A stretch of DNA of 32,000 nt from Vibrio alginolyticus NBRC 15630 = ATCC 17749 (GCF_000354175.2 NC_022359.1:30001-62000), one strand, 5' to 3'. Shown: positions 1-9,855, counted from the stretch's first letter. Notes: generated from the sequence alone by a model not told the origin. Made by a program: numbers and translations.

Positions 1-1
1 A

Positions 2-901
2 TTAGCCTTGGCTTTATTGATATTGATTACCCGTGCAGCTGCACCTTTGGGTGAACTCGCGTTGGCAGGCTTTGCGATTAACGACGTAAAATCCTCAATT
101 AAAAATTACGCTCAGTTAACGAATGTCCCTGTTCTGCCTGAGCCTAATCCTCAATTTGCAACCTCCCCCAAAAACCATAAGTTCGAACTGAACCTTGTGG
201 GCCATTTAGATCTCTTTGAAGATGCTAGCACGGAGATCAAACAAGGTGATACCGTCGTCATCAATGGAGTCAGTGGCAGTGGGAAAAGCACTTTACTGGG
301 CCTGTTTCTAAGGTTTGATGATCCTGACCAAGGTCTTATTTCGCTCGGAGGGATAGATCTAAAGAATATCCCTTATGACGTGCTCACCCAGCATATAGCC
401 TATGTTGCTCAGGAACCGGTCATTTTTACTGGCACATTGGCGGATAACATTCGGTTAGGTAATCCCAATGCAAGTGATTATGAAGTTGAGAGCTTTGCAA
501 GACACGCACAATTGGACAAACTTATTGACTCATCTCCTAAAGGAATACATCAAACAGTAGGACAAAGAGGCTCAGGGTTGTCAGGAGGTGAAAGACAGAG
601 AGTTGCAATTGCGCGAGCTCTCATTAAAAAGGCGCCAATCCTCATTTTCGACGAAGCGACGGCAGCATTAGACGAAGCAACCGAAAAAAGTATTGCTCAA
701 CATATTCAAACATTGAACTCGACCGTGATTATTGTGACGCATCGCGATCAGAATATATGGTCACCCACATTGGAACTCACGATTGAGGGTAGAAGAGTTA
801 TAGTTGCACAGTACAACTCTACTTCCTTGAAAAGTAGGGACAAATTGGCGGCTGAAGAAACTAATAACAATCAATACTTAAATCTAAGCGGTGTCAATTG
901 A
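2..901 (+). CDS. ABC exporter, C-terminal ATP-binding domain of a fused permease/ATPase (5' end cut by the window edge)
   Basis: The frame is open from the window edge. Walker A is GVSGSGKST, the ABC signature is LSGGERQR, Walker B is ILIFDEATAALD and the H-loop is VTHR. Confidence 0.85.
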   Translation, partial: LALALLILITRAAAPLGELALAGFAINDVKSSIKNYAQLTNVPVLPEPNPQFATSPKNHKFELNLVGHLDLFEDASTEIKQGDTVVINGVSGSGKSTLLGLFLRFDDPDQGLISLGGIDLKNIPYDVLTQHIAYVAQEPVIFTGTLADNIRLGNPNASDYEVESFARHAQLDKLIDSSPKGIHQTVGQRGSGLSGGERQRVAIARALIKKAPILIFDEATAALDEATEKSIAQHIQTLNSTVIIVTHRDQNIWSPTLELTIEGRRVIVAQYNSTSLKSRDKLAAEETNNNQYLNLSGVN

Positions 902-1104
902 GTTTTTTGTCACTTTAGCACATTGTATCATCTAAAGAATCTTACAGGCATGTTGTAAAGCAATAATAATAAAGCGAATTCTCAAGGTTATAATTCTGAC
1001 TCAATCTGACACAAGATAGACGTAGGTCTTTCCAATACCATCAGCTTTTCGAGTCGGTCATCATACAGCGCATTGTCAATTTTTTTAAAATAGACTCTAC
1101 ACTT

Positions 1105-1893
1105 TTACAACAATCGATTCTTGTATTGCTCCGGTGTCATGCCGGAGTATTTCTTGAACATCGCGATAAAAGGGCTGGCTTGGTTATAACCTAACGTCAG
1201 AGCGACTTCTTTTACGGTCTGCCCTTTACGCAGCAACTCCATAGAATGCAAATAACGTACACGTAAGCGCCACTCAGTAAAGCTCATTCCTAATTCACTC
1301 TGGCAATGTCTCGCTAACGTGCGTTCTGTGGTATGCACTTTTGCCGCCCACTCCGCCAAACTGATCTCATCCGTCGGCGATTCTTCTACTGCTTTTAAAA
1401 TCGGTTCAAGATACTTATTGTCGGTAGTCGGTAAAAAGTGATGTTCGACTTCTTGCTTTGCAAGCTGGTCCAATAACACTTGTACCAAGCGCTTGTCTTC
1501 ATCAGTTTGCGCCACATTAATGTCTCGCTGACGAAAGTCCTCAATAATAGATGACACGATTGGAGTCACTTTGATCAAGCTCGTTTTGGTAGGAAAATGC
1601 GCTGTCAATTCAGGGGCAATGTTCAAAGAACAATATTCGATTGGCTTACGGTTGTAGCTAGTGTGACGAATTCCGGCGGGAACCCAAATAGCAAGATGTG
1701 GAGGTGCTAGAAATCTTGTGTCTTCTGCATCCATCTCCAGAATCCCACCGCTGATCAGTTGCACTTGCCCCCAAGGGTGGCTATGAATTCGTGTTTCTGT
1801 ATTAGAGAGAAACGCTTCGAAATTCATAAATACATCTGATGGCGCACGATCGATTGATAAGGAGGGGTGAAGATTTCTGGCGCTCTTTTTCAA
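1105..1893 (-). CDS. AraC-family transcriptional regulator (N-terminal cupin-like sensor, C-terminal double HTH)
   Basis: 262-aa ORF. The C-terminus has an AraC-type HTH (LARHCQSELGMSFTEWRLRVRYLHSMELL...GYNQASPFIAMFKKYSGMTPEQY). The gene is divergent from the adjacent transporter gene. Confidence 0.85.
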   Translation of the reverse strand: MKKSARNLHPSLSIDRAPSDVFMNFEAFLSNTETRIHSHPWGQVQLISGGILEMDAEDTRFLAPPHLAIWVPAGIRHTSYNRKPIEYCSLNIAPELTAHFPTKTSLIKVTPIVSSIIEDFRQRDINVAQTDEDKRLVQVLLDQLAKQEVEHHFLPTTDNKYLEPILKAVEESPTDEISLAEWAAKVHTTERTLARHCQSELGMSFTEWRLRVRYLHSMELLRKGQTVKEVALTLGYNQASPFIAMFKKYSGMTPEQYKNRLL

Positions 1894-1991
1894 AATTGTC
1901 TTCCTATCGCTTACGATGTCTTTTAAGAGATACTTTTTATTATAAAGACCTGCCAGACTAGCGCCATCAATAATTGTGCTATAGGGTTCTC

Positions 1992-2897
1992 ATGATTTAT
2001 TTACTTCCGTTTTTCACCGTTATGATTTGGGGTGGTAACTCAATTGTGAACAAGATGGCTGCGAGCGCCATTGAACCAAGTGCGATGAGTTTCTACCGTT
2101 GGTTTGTCGCAATGGTACTCCTAACGCCATTTTGCCTGCCTGCAATCATCAAACAACGACACATTATTCGACCTTACTTAGCTAAGTTGGCGTTTCTTGC
2201 GTTACTTGGTATGGTTCTCAACCAGTCACTTGGATACTATGCCGGTTTAACAACAACGGCCTCTAATATGGCCCTGATCACCTCTTTAGTTCCTTTGATC
2301 AGCGTGTTTTTAAGTGTCCCATTGCTCGGTAAATCTATATCAATGTTAAGTATCGTCGGTGGTGTCATTTCGCTCGGCGGCTTAGCATTTATGCTTGGTC
2401 ACGGTGATATCACTTACTTTTTACATCAAGACTTAACGCAAGGTGACAGCTTAATGCTCGTTGCTGCCATGGTATACGCGGCTTATTGTGTTCTGCTAAA
2501 ACGCTGGAAAATGCCATTCAGTAGTTTGACTCTGGTTTACATGCAGGGCTTCTTTTCTGTTTTGATGCTCACACCACTTTGGCTCTCTAGTGAGCAATTG
2601 TTACCAAGCCAAGATGCGCTGCCGTTAATCGCTTATGCTGGTATTGCTGCTTCCATTTTCGCGCCGCTGATGTGGGTAAAAGCGATTGATTCAATTGGTG
2701 CTGATTCAAGCGCTATGTTCATGAACCTAATGCCTGTGGTTTCCGTCATACTTGCTTCAACACTAATTGGTGAGAAAATTTACGCTTACCACATTATTGG
2801 TGGGTTGTTAGTCATCTCTGGCGTTATCTTGTCGCAAATAAAAGTAAGACAGAGAAAACCATTGTCCAATTCTGAGATTGCCTCTACCGCCAATTAA
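1992..2897 (+). CDS. EamA/DMT-family inner-membrane transporter
   Basis: The protein is about 300 aa and highly hydrophobic, with roughly 10 predicted TM segments in two EamA-like halves. I prefer the ATG at 1992 over the TTG at 1974 used by the ORF track. Confidence 0.8.
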   Translation: MIYLLPFFTVMIWGGNSIVNKMAASAIEPSAMSFYRWFVAMVLLTPFCLPAIIKQRHIIRPYLAKLAFLALLGMVLNQSLGYYAGLTTTASNMALITSLVPLISVFLSVPLLGKSISMLSIVGGVISLGGLAFMLGHGDITYFLHQDLTQGDSLMLVAAMVYAAYCVLLKRWKMPFSSLTLVYMQGFFSVLMLTPLWLSSEQLLPSQDALPLIAYAGIAASIFAPLMWVKAIDSIGADSSAMFMNLMPVVSVILASTLIGEKIYAYHIIGGLLVISGVILSQIKVRQRKPLSNSEIASTAN

Positions 2898-2909
2898 CAT
2901 CTGCACCCC

Positions 2910-2934
2910 AAGCCACAGAACTACGCTGTGGCTT
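2910..2934 (+). terminator. Hairpin downstream of the EamA gene (weak U-tract)
   Basis: AAGCCACAG-aactacg-CTGTGGCTT forms a 9-bp perfect stem 13 nt after the stop codon. The trailing sequence gtcacttcc is only weakly T-rich. Confidence 0.4.
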
Positions 2935-3042
2935 GTCACTTCCAGCGTTCGAATAAAAGTTAATATTTTGTTTCATTCGCTATTCCCGAAAATTCATCTT
3001 GCTGCTAAATTGGGAAAACAATAACCCATCAAGGAAAGACAG

Positions 3043-3528
3043 ATGAGCAGTGGTCAAAGAGACATTACCCTTCGCTTTTTAGCAGAACCCAGCGACGTAA
3101 ATTTTGGCGGAAAAGTGCACGGCGGCGCCGTAATGAAATGGATCGACTTGGCAGCGTACGCCTGTTCTGCAGCGTGGAGTGGTAAATATTGCATTACCGC
3201 ATATGCTGGCGGCATTCGGTTTGTTGCTCCGATTCATGTCGGCAACTTAGTCGAAGTTAGCGCGAAAGTCATTTATACCGGACGAAGCTCAATGCACATT
3301 GCGATTGACGTGCAAGCTAGTGATCCAAAGCAAATGAAAAACAGACTCACCACTCACTGTATCGTTATCATGGTTGCTGTAGATGAAAACGGAAAACCAA
3401 CCGATGTACCGAAATGGATTCCAGAGTCAGATGAAGACAAAGCCTTAGAGCAATCCGCTATCCGTCTTATGAACATGCGTAAAGAGATTGGGGAAGAAAT
3501 GGAAGCACACGTTAAATACCTCAAGTAA
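3043..3528 (+). CDS. Acyl-CoA thioesterase, hotdog fold (YciA/Acot7-like)
   Basis: 161 aa. The N-terminal motif LRFLAEPSDVNFGGKVHGGAVMKWID is typical of the 4HBT/BFIT thioesterase family. An AAGGAAAGA RBS lies just upstream of the ATG. Confidence 0.8.
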   Translation: MSSGQRDITLRFLAEPSDVNFGGKVHGGAVMKWIDLAAYACSAAWSGKYCITAYAGGIRFVAPIHVGNLVEVSAKVIYTGRSSMHIAIDVQASDPKQMKNRLTTHCIVIMVAVDENGKPTDVPKWIPESDEDKALEQSAIRLMNMRKEIGEEMEAHVKYLK

Positions 3529-3681
3529 CTGGCATCCGTTAAGAACGCTATTAAGTACCTCAACGTTACCTAGACCCAGAGTGTGGAGCAACATCATGGT
3601 TTTGCCATTTGTTTCACGCTCGCCCTTCTCTGTCATAAATCCTTCACCTAGCTTTGCTTAAATCCATCCATTATTTTAGAG

Positions 3682-3945
3682 TTGGATAGAGTTTGGATCT
3701 TGAGACTAAAAGAAACGACCTTAAGTGAAGAGACGTTGACCAATTTAAAAGCGGTCGAGTACCAGTGGGTGAGAACCATGTACGTCGAGGGGTATAACGA
3801 AACAGAAATTAATCATTACATTCAAACTTGCTTTGGCGGTGACGTTACCTTTGCTAATCTATTTCGTCGCGTCGCACTGCAGCAAGAAAGTTTGTACACG
3901 CTGCTTCAATACGTTGGATGCGCACCTTCCAGCCGAGAGTTTTAA
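3682..3945 (+). CDS. Hypothetical small protein (87 aa, TTG start)
   Basis: This is the only ORF in a 780-bp gap and its composition is protein-like. However, it has a non-ATG start, no clear RBS and no family I recognise. Confidence 0.3.
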   Translation: MDRVWILRLKETTLSEETLTNLKAVEYQWVRTMYVEGYNETEINHYIQTCFGGDVTFANLFRRVALQQESLYTLLQYVGCAPSSREF

Positions 3946-4093
3946 TCTCTTCCTTCCCTACCTCAATTTAGCTTTTTACTAAGCTCTAGTTATTTATGTG
4001 AAGTGCTACGCAGGGCATTATTCAAGCCCTGTGTAATCCATTGCAAAGCCGCTAATCTCTATCTACTTATTGCACAATTGCCTTTAACAGGCA

Positions 4094-4120
4094 TAAAAAA
4101 ACCTGAGTCTAAACTCAGGT
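4094..4120 (-). terminator. Rho-independent terminator oriented for the minus strand
   Basis: ACCTGAGT-ctaa-ACTCAGGT forms an 8-bp stem. On the minus strand it is followed by a run of seven U (the plus strand shows AAAAAAA at 4094-4100). It lies 193 nt downstream of the malG stop. Confidence 0.65.
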
Positions 4121-4252
4121 TATGGTTACAAAAACTGTTAGTGATTGAATCGTAAGGAACTAAGCTAACAGCCAGCTATGCGTAACGCCAATAAAAGCCA
4201 AGATATTACTGATCGGCGGCCAAACCAAAATTGTAATATCCGTGCTAAGTAT

Positions 4253-4276
4253 AAGGGCGACCATGTGGTCGCCCTT
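4253..4276. terminator. Perfect 11-bp-arm palindromic hairpin immediately downstream of malG
   Basis: AAGGGCGACCA-tg-TGGTCGCCCTT. The plus-strand reading is followed by TTTCT and the minus-strand reading by UUAUACUU. It lies 37 nt after the malG stop, so it is probably the proximal or bidirectional terminator. Confidence 0.55.
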
Positions 4277-4312
4277 TTCTAGTTATTCTTATCAATCTCA
4301 GACCACAAGAGA

Positions 4313-5203
4313 TTATCCTTTCACACCACCAGCGGTTAGACCACCAACCAACCAGCGCTGCGCAAGTAAGAATACGGCAGTGATTGGCACTGCTGAAAGT
4401 ACAGCAGCTGCGGCAAAGTCACCCCACAAGTAGTTTTGTGGATATAGGTATTGCTGCATACCCACTGCAAGTGTGTACGAGTCTACATCAGAAAGCAGTA
4501 GTGACGCTACAGGAACTTCACCAATTACCATGATGAACGACAATATGAAGACTACCGCTAGGATTGGCACAGACAGTGGCAGCAATACCAAACGGAATGC
4601 TTGCCATGGTGTAGCACCATCAAGAGCCGCTGCTTCTTCTAGAGACGAGTCAATACTTTCGAAGTAGCCTTTAATGGTCCAAACGTGCAGTGCGATACCG
4701 CCTAAGTAAGCGAAGATCAGACCGCCATGCGTGTTCAGACCAAGGAAAGGAATGTACTGACCCAGTTTGTCGAACAACGCGTACAGAGCAACCAGTGCCA
4801 ACACCGCAGGGAACATCTGGAAGATCATCATCGCTTTAAGAATGGTGTTCTTACCTTTGAACTTCATACGAGCAAACGCGTAAGCCGATGTGGTTGATAG
4901 CGCCACGATTAGGATTGCAGAAATACCACCCACTTTTACCGAGTTCCACAGCCATGTCATTACTGGGAATGGTGGCGGTGTAACTGTACCGTCTGGATTA
5001 GTCACCGAGAAACCTAATGCCAATTTCCAGTGATCAAGTGTTGGGTTGTCTGGGATCAGGCTACCCGTTGCAAAGTTACCTTCACGGAATGAAATCGCGA
5101 TGATCATCAGCAAAGGGAAAATAATCAGTGCCAAGAATGCCCACATTGCAATATGAGTAGCCCAAACACGATACTTTAATGACTTACCTTGTACCATTGC
5201 CAT
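4313..5203 (-). CDS. malG: Maltose/maltodextrin ABC transporter permease MalG
   Basis: 296 aa, near-collinear with E. coli MalG as I recall it. It has the EAA loop region ([21 protein letters not shown]) and sits directly downstream of malF. Confidence 0.95.
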   Translation of the reverse strand: MAMVQGKSLKYRVWATHIAMWAFLALIIFPLLMIIAISFREGNFATGSLIPDNPTLDHWKLALGFSVTNPDGTVTPPPFPVMTWLWNSVKVGGISAILIVALSTTSAYAFARMKFKGKNTILKAMMIFQMFPAVLALVALYALFDKLGQYIPFLGLNTHGGLIFAYLGGIALHVWTIKGYFESIDSSLEEAAALDGATPWQAFRLVLLPLSVPILAVVFILSFIMVIGEVPVASLLLSDVDSYTLAVGMQQYLYPQNYLWGDFAAAAVLSAVPITAVFLLAQRWLVGGLTAGGVKG

Positions 5204-5215
5204 TGTAATTTCTCC

Positions 5216-6790
5216 TTAGTCCTGAGCTACTTTAGTTACGCGTAGGTTGATAAGTGCCAATGCGCCAACCAATAGGAAGATAAGCGTTGCTACTGCACTT
5301 GCTAGACCGAAGTCTTGACCACCAGCACCTTCGAATGCGATTCGGTAGGTGTAACTTACTAGCAGGTCGGTGTAACCCGCAGGCTCTGATGTACCAATCA
5401 TGTTTGGACCACCGCCAGTCAACAACTGGATAAGTACGAAGTTGTTGAAGTTAAATGCAAAACTCGCGATCAACAATGGTGTTAACGGCTTCAACATCAT
5501 TGGTAGTGTGATACGTGTGAAGTTCGTGACAAAGTTCGCACCATCAATTGCTGATGCTTCATATAAATCGTCTGGAATCGCTTTTAGTAAGCCCATACAC
5601 AAAATCATCATGTAAGGGAAACCAAGCCAAGTGTTCACAATTAAGATCATGGTTTTCGCCATGAACGGGTCAGAGAACCAAGCCGGGCTAATGCCGAACA
5701 AGCCTTCCAACAACATGTTGATCTCACCAAAGCTTTGGTTAAACAAACCTTTAAAGATCAAGATAGAAATAAACGCCGGAACTGCATAAGGCAGGATTAG
5801 CAACAAACGGTAAACTGAGCGACCTTTAAGTGCTTCCCACTGAACCACACTGGCAAGGACCAGACCAATAACAAGCGTAAACAATACGGTTAGCGCAGAG
5901 AAAACAATGGTCCAGATAAAGATACTGATAAACGGCTCTTTGATACCATCATCTTTCCAAACACGCTCAAAGTTGTGGGTACCAATGTTCACCACGAAAC
6001 CTGGTGACACTGTGCTACCAACAAATTGACCGTTTTCATCGACAGGCTGGTAGTAACCTACTTCCATATTTGGACGTAGCGCTTCTTCAGTCCGGTTGTT
6101 GTAAAGCGTTTCACCATCTTCTTGTAATGTGTACAAAGGTACAACTGCAGCAAATTTGCGCAGCCCACTCATGCGGATATCATCACCACTTGGCAAATGT
6201 AAATCGACACTGCTCAACGCACTGCGGTTCTTAACAATCGCCTTGATTGATTCTTTTTCACCCGTTACTTCTTCAATTGGTGAAAGATCAAACTCCGATG
6301 CTGAAAGGTTATCAAGCTGAAAAGTCGGGCTTGCAAGTAGCTCACCATCTTTTTCAACCACAAGTTGATGGCCTTGCTCCGTTTTATACAAAGTGAACGG
6401 GTAGCTATCACCACTTTGGTAAGTTCGGTCCAAAAGTACGTTCTGAGCGCGATCAAAAGAGAGTTGGTTCTTCGCGCTATAGTTGGTAAACGCCAAACCT
6501 ATGGTGTACGCCAAAGGAAAAAGAATGAAAAGGATCATCCCTGCTATACCAGGGTAGATGTAACGGTGTGCGTACGTCTTTTTACTACCAAAGATGAACA
6601 ACGCTAAAGCGGTAAGAATGAGCGTAAGTAGTGCAAACGCAATCTCACCGCGAGAATACATAAGGATTGTTGCGTAGCCATTGATGATGCCGACTGTGCC
6701 TAAAAGTGACCATTTCATGAACACTTTTTTGCTGCTCGGAAGGCTGGCTTCTGGTGCTGTCATAGCATTTGTACCTTGAACTGACTGCAT
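5216..6790 (-). CDS. malF: Maltose/maltodextrin ABC transporter permease MalF
   Basis: 524 aa with the large periplasmic P2 loop. Long stretches match E. coli MalF, for example ILPYAVPAFISILIFKGLFNQSFGEINM and LLKAIPDDLYEASAIDGA. Confidence 0.95.
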   Translation of the reverse strand: MQSVQGTNAMTAPEASLPSSKKVFMKWSLLGTVGIINGYATILMYSRGEIAFALLTLILTALALFIFGSKKTYAHRYIYPGIAGMILFILFPLAYTIGLAFTNYSAKNQLSFDRAQNVLLDRTYQSGDSYPFTLYKTEQGHQLVVEKDGELLASPTFQLDNLSASEFDLSPIEEVTGEKESIKAIVKNRSALSSVDLHLPSGDDIRMSGLRKFAAVVPLYTLQEDGETLYNNRTEEALRPNMEVGYYQPVDENGQFVGSTVSPGFVVNIGTHNFERVWKDDGIKEPFISIFIWTIVFSALTVLFTLVIGLVLASVVQWEALKGRSVYRLLLILPYAVPAFISILIFKGLFNQSFGEINMLLEGLFGISPAWFSDPFMAKTMILIVNTWLGFPYMMILCMGLLKAIPDDLYEASAIDGANFVTNFTRITLPMMLKPLTPLLIASFAFNFNNFVLIQLLTGGGPNMIGTSEPAGYTDLLVSYTYRIAFEGAGGQDFGLASAVATLIFLLVGALALINLRVTKVAQD

Positions 6791-6869
6791 AGGGAACCTG
6801 CTAGCGAATATAGAATAAATATAGAAAAGTAAGGAGGAGTTGCCCCCTCCTTAAAAAGGTCTTACTTAA

Positions 6870-8048
6870 TTATTTAGTCATTTGTTTTTCTGCATCTGCA
6901 AGAGCTGCATCGACAGTTTGACGACCGTCAACTACGTTGATGATTGCGTTCTTAGCCGCCCCCCAGAATGCGTTCATTTGAGGGATATTTGGCATGATTT
7001 CGCCGTTCATCGCATTGTCCATTGTTGCTGCGATACGAGTATCTGAATCTAGCTCACGTTGGAACGAGTTAAGTGCTACCGCACCTAGAGGCTTATCGTT
7101 GTTAACCATACGTAGGCCATCGTTTGTTAGTAGGTAGTTCTCAATGAACTCAACTGCTAGGTCTTTGTTTGGAGACGCAGTGCTGATACCAGCCGTTAGA
7201 ACACCAACGAATGGCTTAGAAGATTGACCTTGGAACTTAGGTAGCGTAGTCACGCCGTAGTTAACGCCAGACTTCTCAATGTTGCCCCAAGACCATGGAC
7301 CGTTGATCGTCATCGCTGTTTTGCCTTGGTTGAACGCAGACTCAGACACTGAGTAATCCATATCCGCAGAGATTACGCCTTTATCAACTAAGCCTTTTAC
7401 GAAGCTCATTGCGTCTTTAACGCCTTCTTTCGCGATACCAGCGTCTTTAACATCGTAACCTTCAGAAGTGTATTTGAACGCGTAGCCGCCATCAGCCGCC
7501 ATTAGTGGCCAAGTGAAGTACGGTTCTTTTAGATTCCACATGATTGCAGACTTGCCGTCTTTTTTAAGTTTTGCATCTAATGCTGCAACCTCTTCCCAAG
7601 ACTTTGGTGGGTTTGGAACTAGGTCTTTGTTGTAGATTAGAGATAGAGACTCAACCGCAACTGGATAGCCGATCAATTTGCCATCGTAACGTACTGCATC
7701 CCAAGCGAAATCAACGATACCTTCTTGAATATTCTTAGAAGGTTTAATTTCTGCTAGCAGGCCAGCTTCTGCGTAACCACCGAAACGGTCGTGAGCCCAG
7801 AATACGATATCAGGACCGTCGCCAGTCGCTGCAGTTTGAGGGAATTTGTCTTGAAGGCCATCTGGGTGAGCCACAGTCACTTTAATGCCTGTGTCTTCTT
7901 CAAATTTCTTACCAACTTCAGCAAGGCCGTTGTAGCCTTTATCACCGTTGATCCAGATAGTAAGTTGTCCTTCTTCGATGGCAGCATTAGCACCAAAAGA
8001 ACCCAAAGCAACAAGAGTACCTAGTGCTACAGCGCTTAACTTTTTCAT
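6870..8048 (-). CDS. malE: Periplasmic maltose/maltodextrin-binding protein MalE
   Basis: I place the start at the ATG at 8048. This gives the signal peptide [22 protein letters not shown] followed by [20 protein letters not shown], which is MalE-like. The 32 extra codons in the ORF track lack support. Confidence 0.95.
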   Translation of the reverse strand: MKKLSAVALGTLVALGSFGANAAIEEGQLTIWINGDKGYNGLAEVGKKFEEDTGIKVTVAHPDGLQDKFPQTAATGDGPDIVFWAHDRFGGYAEAGLLAEIKPSKNIQEGIVDFAWDAVRYDGKLIGYPVAVESLSLIYNKDLVPNPPKSWEEVAALDAKLKKDGKSAIMWNLKEPYFTWPLMAADGGYAFKYTSEGYDVKDAGIAKEGVKDAMSFVKGLVDKGVISADMDYSVSESAFNQGKTAMTINGPWSWGNIEKSGVNYGVTTLPKFQGQSSKPFVGVLTAGISTASPNKDLAVEFIENYLLTNDGLRMVNNDKPLGAVALNSFQRELDSDTRIAATMDNAMNGEIMPNIPQMNAFWGAAKNAIINVVDGRQTVDAALADAEKQMTK

Positions 8049-8720
8049 GTTCGTATCCTTTTTATATTTTTGATGTAGGGCTAGTCCATTGAGGTTCAGC
8101 CGTATTTCGACATATATCATCTGAAATAATCCAATATGTCTCATCCTCCTAATCCCTACGCCCTTACAATTATGACGTATTTTCGTGATCTAAATCGCCA
8201 AGGGTAAGAGACTCAAATCACAAAATGGATAGTTCCTGTGATCGGTTTCAACTTTAGGTGGTGCAATAATGTGATTTCCGACCAACTGCTTTCTTCCTCC
8301 TCCTTTTTTACTCCTCCCTTTCTACTCCCCCTACAATTATTTCTATTAGGAGGATGTCGCACTACGCACAATCTTAGAAACTGCAGTCATCCAAGAGTGG
8401 ATGGTAAGAACCCTTTCCCAGCAGTGCCTACGTATTAGGAAAAAGATTTGCTGGTTTTGCATTGCCAGACGAGTGGAATGTCATTATTAGTGTTGTTTGT
8501 GGTAATTATTTCACGGGGGAGACAATACGAATAATGTGGGGGAGAGAAACTCGTACTTGGCTATGATGGGTAGCACTTCTATTCAGGACATTTTATTGAA
8601 GTGCTACCCTACTTTTCTTACCAACCGCAAGAACTTACCGATTCCTACTGTTACTGCTCGCTAGATAATTCATATAATGATGAGCGGTGAATAATAAAAA
8701 ATTGATCGAGGACGAGCTAC
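8049..8720. promoter_or_regulatory. Divergent malE / malK control region with MalT-box-like and CRP-like motifs
   Basis: - **Boxes reading towards malE (minus strand):** GAGGATGAGA (complement of 8139-8148, 8/10 to GGGGA(T/G)GAGG), GGAGGAGGAAG (8293-8303), GGGAGGAG (8311-8318) and GGGGGAG (8325-8331).
- **Plus-strand boxes:** AGGAGGATG (8348-8356), GGGGGAGAC (8515-8523) and GGGGGAGAGA (8538-8547).
- **CRP-like site:** TGTGAtcggttTCAAC at 8237-8252, plus weaker half-sites at 8218-8222 and 8270-8274.
- **Sigma70-like promoter:** TTACTG-N16-TATAAT at 8651-8678.
- **malK RBS:** GAGGA at 8708-8712. Confidence 0.6.
8568..8609 (+). terminator. Terminator/attenuator-like hairpin in the malK upstream leader
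   Basis: GGGTAGCACTTC (8568-8579) and GAAGTGCTACCC (8598-8609) form a perfect 12-bp stem with an 18-nt loop. The hairpin is followed by TACTTTTCTTA. The minus-strand reading has no U-tract. Confidence 0.4.
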
Positions 8721-9839
8721 ATGGCGAGTGTCACGTTAAAAAATGTTTGTAAAGCGTATGGCGACGTACTGATTTCTAAGAACGTAGACCTAACAATCAA
8801 CGAAGGTGAATTTGTTGTTTTCGTAGGTCCATCAGGTTGTGGTAAATCTACCCTTTTACGTTGTATTGCCGGTCTTGAAGACATTACTTCAGGTGATTTG
8901 TATATTGGTGACCAGCGCATGAATGACGTCGAACCATCCAAACGTGGTGTTGGTATGGTATTCCAGTCTTACGCTCTTTACCCGCACCTTAACTTATATG
9001 ACAACATGTCATTTGGCTTGAAACTAGCAAAAGCAGACAAAGCAGAAATCGACAAGCGTGTTGAACAAGCAGCAGAAATCCTACAACTAGGCCACTTGCT
9101 TGAGCGCCAACCAAAAGCACTTTCTGGTGGACAGCGTCAACGTGTGGCGATTGGCCGAACATTAGTATCGCAGCCAAATGTATTCCTTCTAGACGAGCCA
9201 CTATCAAACTTGGATGCGGCACTGCGTGTAAACATGCGAGCACAAATTACTAAGCTACAACGCCAACTTGGTTGTACCATGATCTACGTAACGCACGATC
9301 AGGTAGAAGCGATGACAATGGCAGATAAAATCGTTGTACTAGACGGCGGTTATGTATCGCAAGTTGGTAAGCCGCTTGAGCTTTACCATTACCCACAAAA
9401 CCGCTTTGTAGCTGGCTTTATCGGTTCTCCGAAAATGAACTTCATGAGCGTATTCATTGATGAAGTAGAAGCAGAGCGCGTCAAAGTTCAACTATCTAAC
9501 GGCGTATCTTTCTGGATTCCGGTGGATGGTACAACAGTTAACCGCGGCGACCGAATGTCTTTAGGCATTCGCCCTGAGCACCTATTATCCGCTTCTGAAG
9601 CTGATGCAAGTATTCACGGTGAAGTGATGATTGTTGAGAAGCTAGGTAACGAAACTCAAGTATACCTAAACCTAGAAGGTGCGGACGCCGACGTTATTTT
9701 CCGTCAGCCTGACACGCTTGCAGTCGACACTGGCGATAAAATCGAGATCGGTATTCCAGCTCATCGTTGTCACCTGTTCCACAGTGATGGTCGCGCATGC
9801 CGCCGCCTATACAAAGAAAACGGCGTAGAAGTCGAATAA
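8721..9839 (+). CDS. malK: Maltose/maltodextrin ABC transporter ATP-binding protein MalK
   Basis: 372 aa. Walker A is GPSGCGKST, the signature is LSGGQRQR and Walker B is [12 protein letters not shown]. It also has the C-terminal regulatory (TOBE-like) domain and is divergent from malEFG. Confidence 0.95.
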   Translation: MASVTLKNVCKAYGDVLISKNVDLTINEGEFVVFVGPSGCGKSTLLRCIAGLEDITSGDLYIGDQRMNDVEPSKRGVGMVFQSYALYPHLNLYDNMSFGLKLAKADKAEIDKRVEQAAEILQLGHLLERQPKALSGGQRQRVAIGRTLVSQPNVFLLDEPLSNLDAALRVNMRAQITKLQRQLGCTMIYVTHDQVEAMTMADKIVVLDGGYVSQVGKPLELYHYPQNRFVAGFIGSPKMNFMSVFIDEVEAERVKVQLSNGVSFWIPVDGTTVNRGDRMSLGIRPEHLLSASEADASIHGEVMIVEKLGNETQVYLNLEGADADVIFRQPDTLAVDTGDKIEIGIPAHRCHLFHSDGRACRRLYKENGVEVE

Positions 9840-9855
9840 TTCATTCGTCCTTACT

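Noticed and set aside
3354-3636. Minus-strand ORFs 3354-3563 and 3445-3636 overlapping the 3' end of the thioesterase gene
   Set aside because: They are antisense to a well-supported CDS, have no recognisable family or RBS, and have Cys/His/Phe-rich shadow-ORF composition.
4242-6607. Multiple 60-80-aa ORFs antisense to or out of frame with malG and malF (4242-4433, 4473-4667, 5400-5615, 6004-6234, 6129-6320, 6265-6456, 6365-6607)
   Set aside because: All are embedded in highly confident malG and malF coding sequence. They have odd composition and no RBS, so they are typical shadow ORFs.
8049-8144. N-terminal 32-codon extension of malE in the ORF track
   Set aside because: The canonical signal peptide [10 protein letters not shown]... 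starts at the ATG at 8048. The extension would bury the signal peptide and would overlap the predicted promoter and MalT box.
8238-8438. 66-aa ORF in the malE-malK intergenic region
   Set aside because: Its sequence is low-complexity (SSSSFFTPPFLLPLQLF) and arises from the polypyrimidine MalT-box repeats. It has no RBS and sits in a regulatory region.
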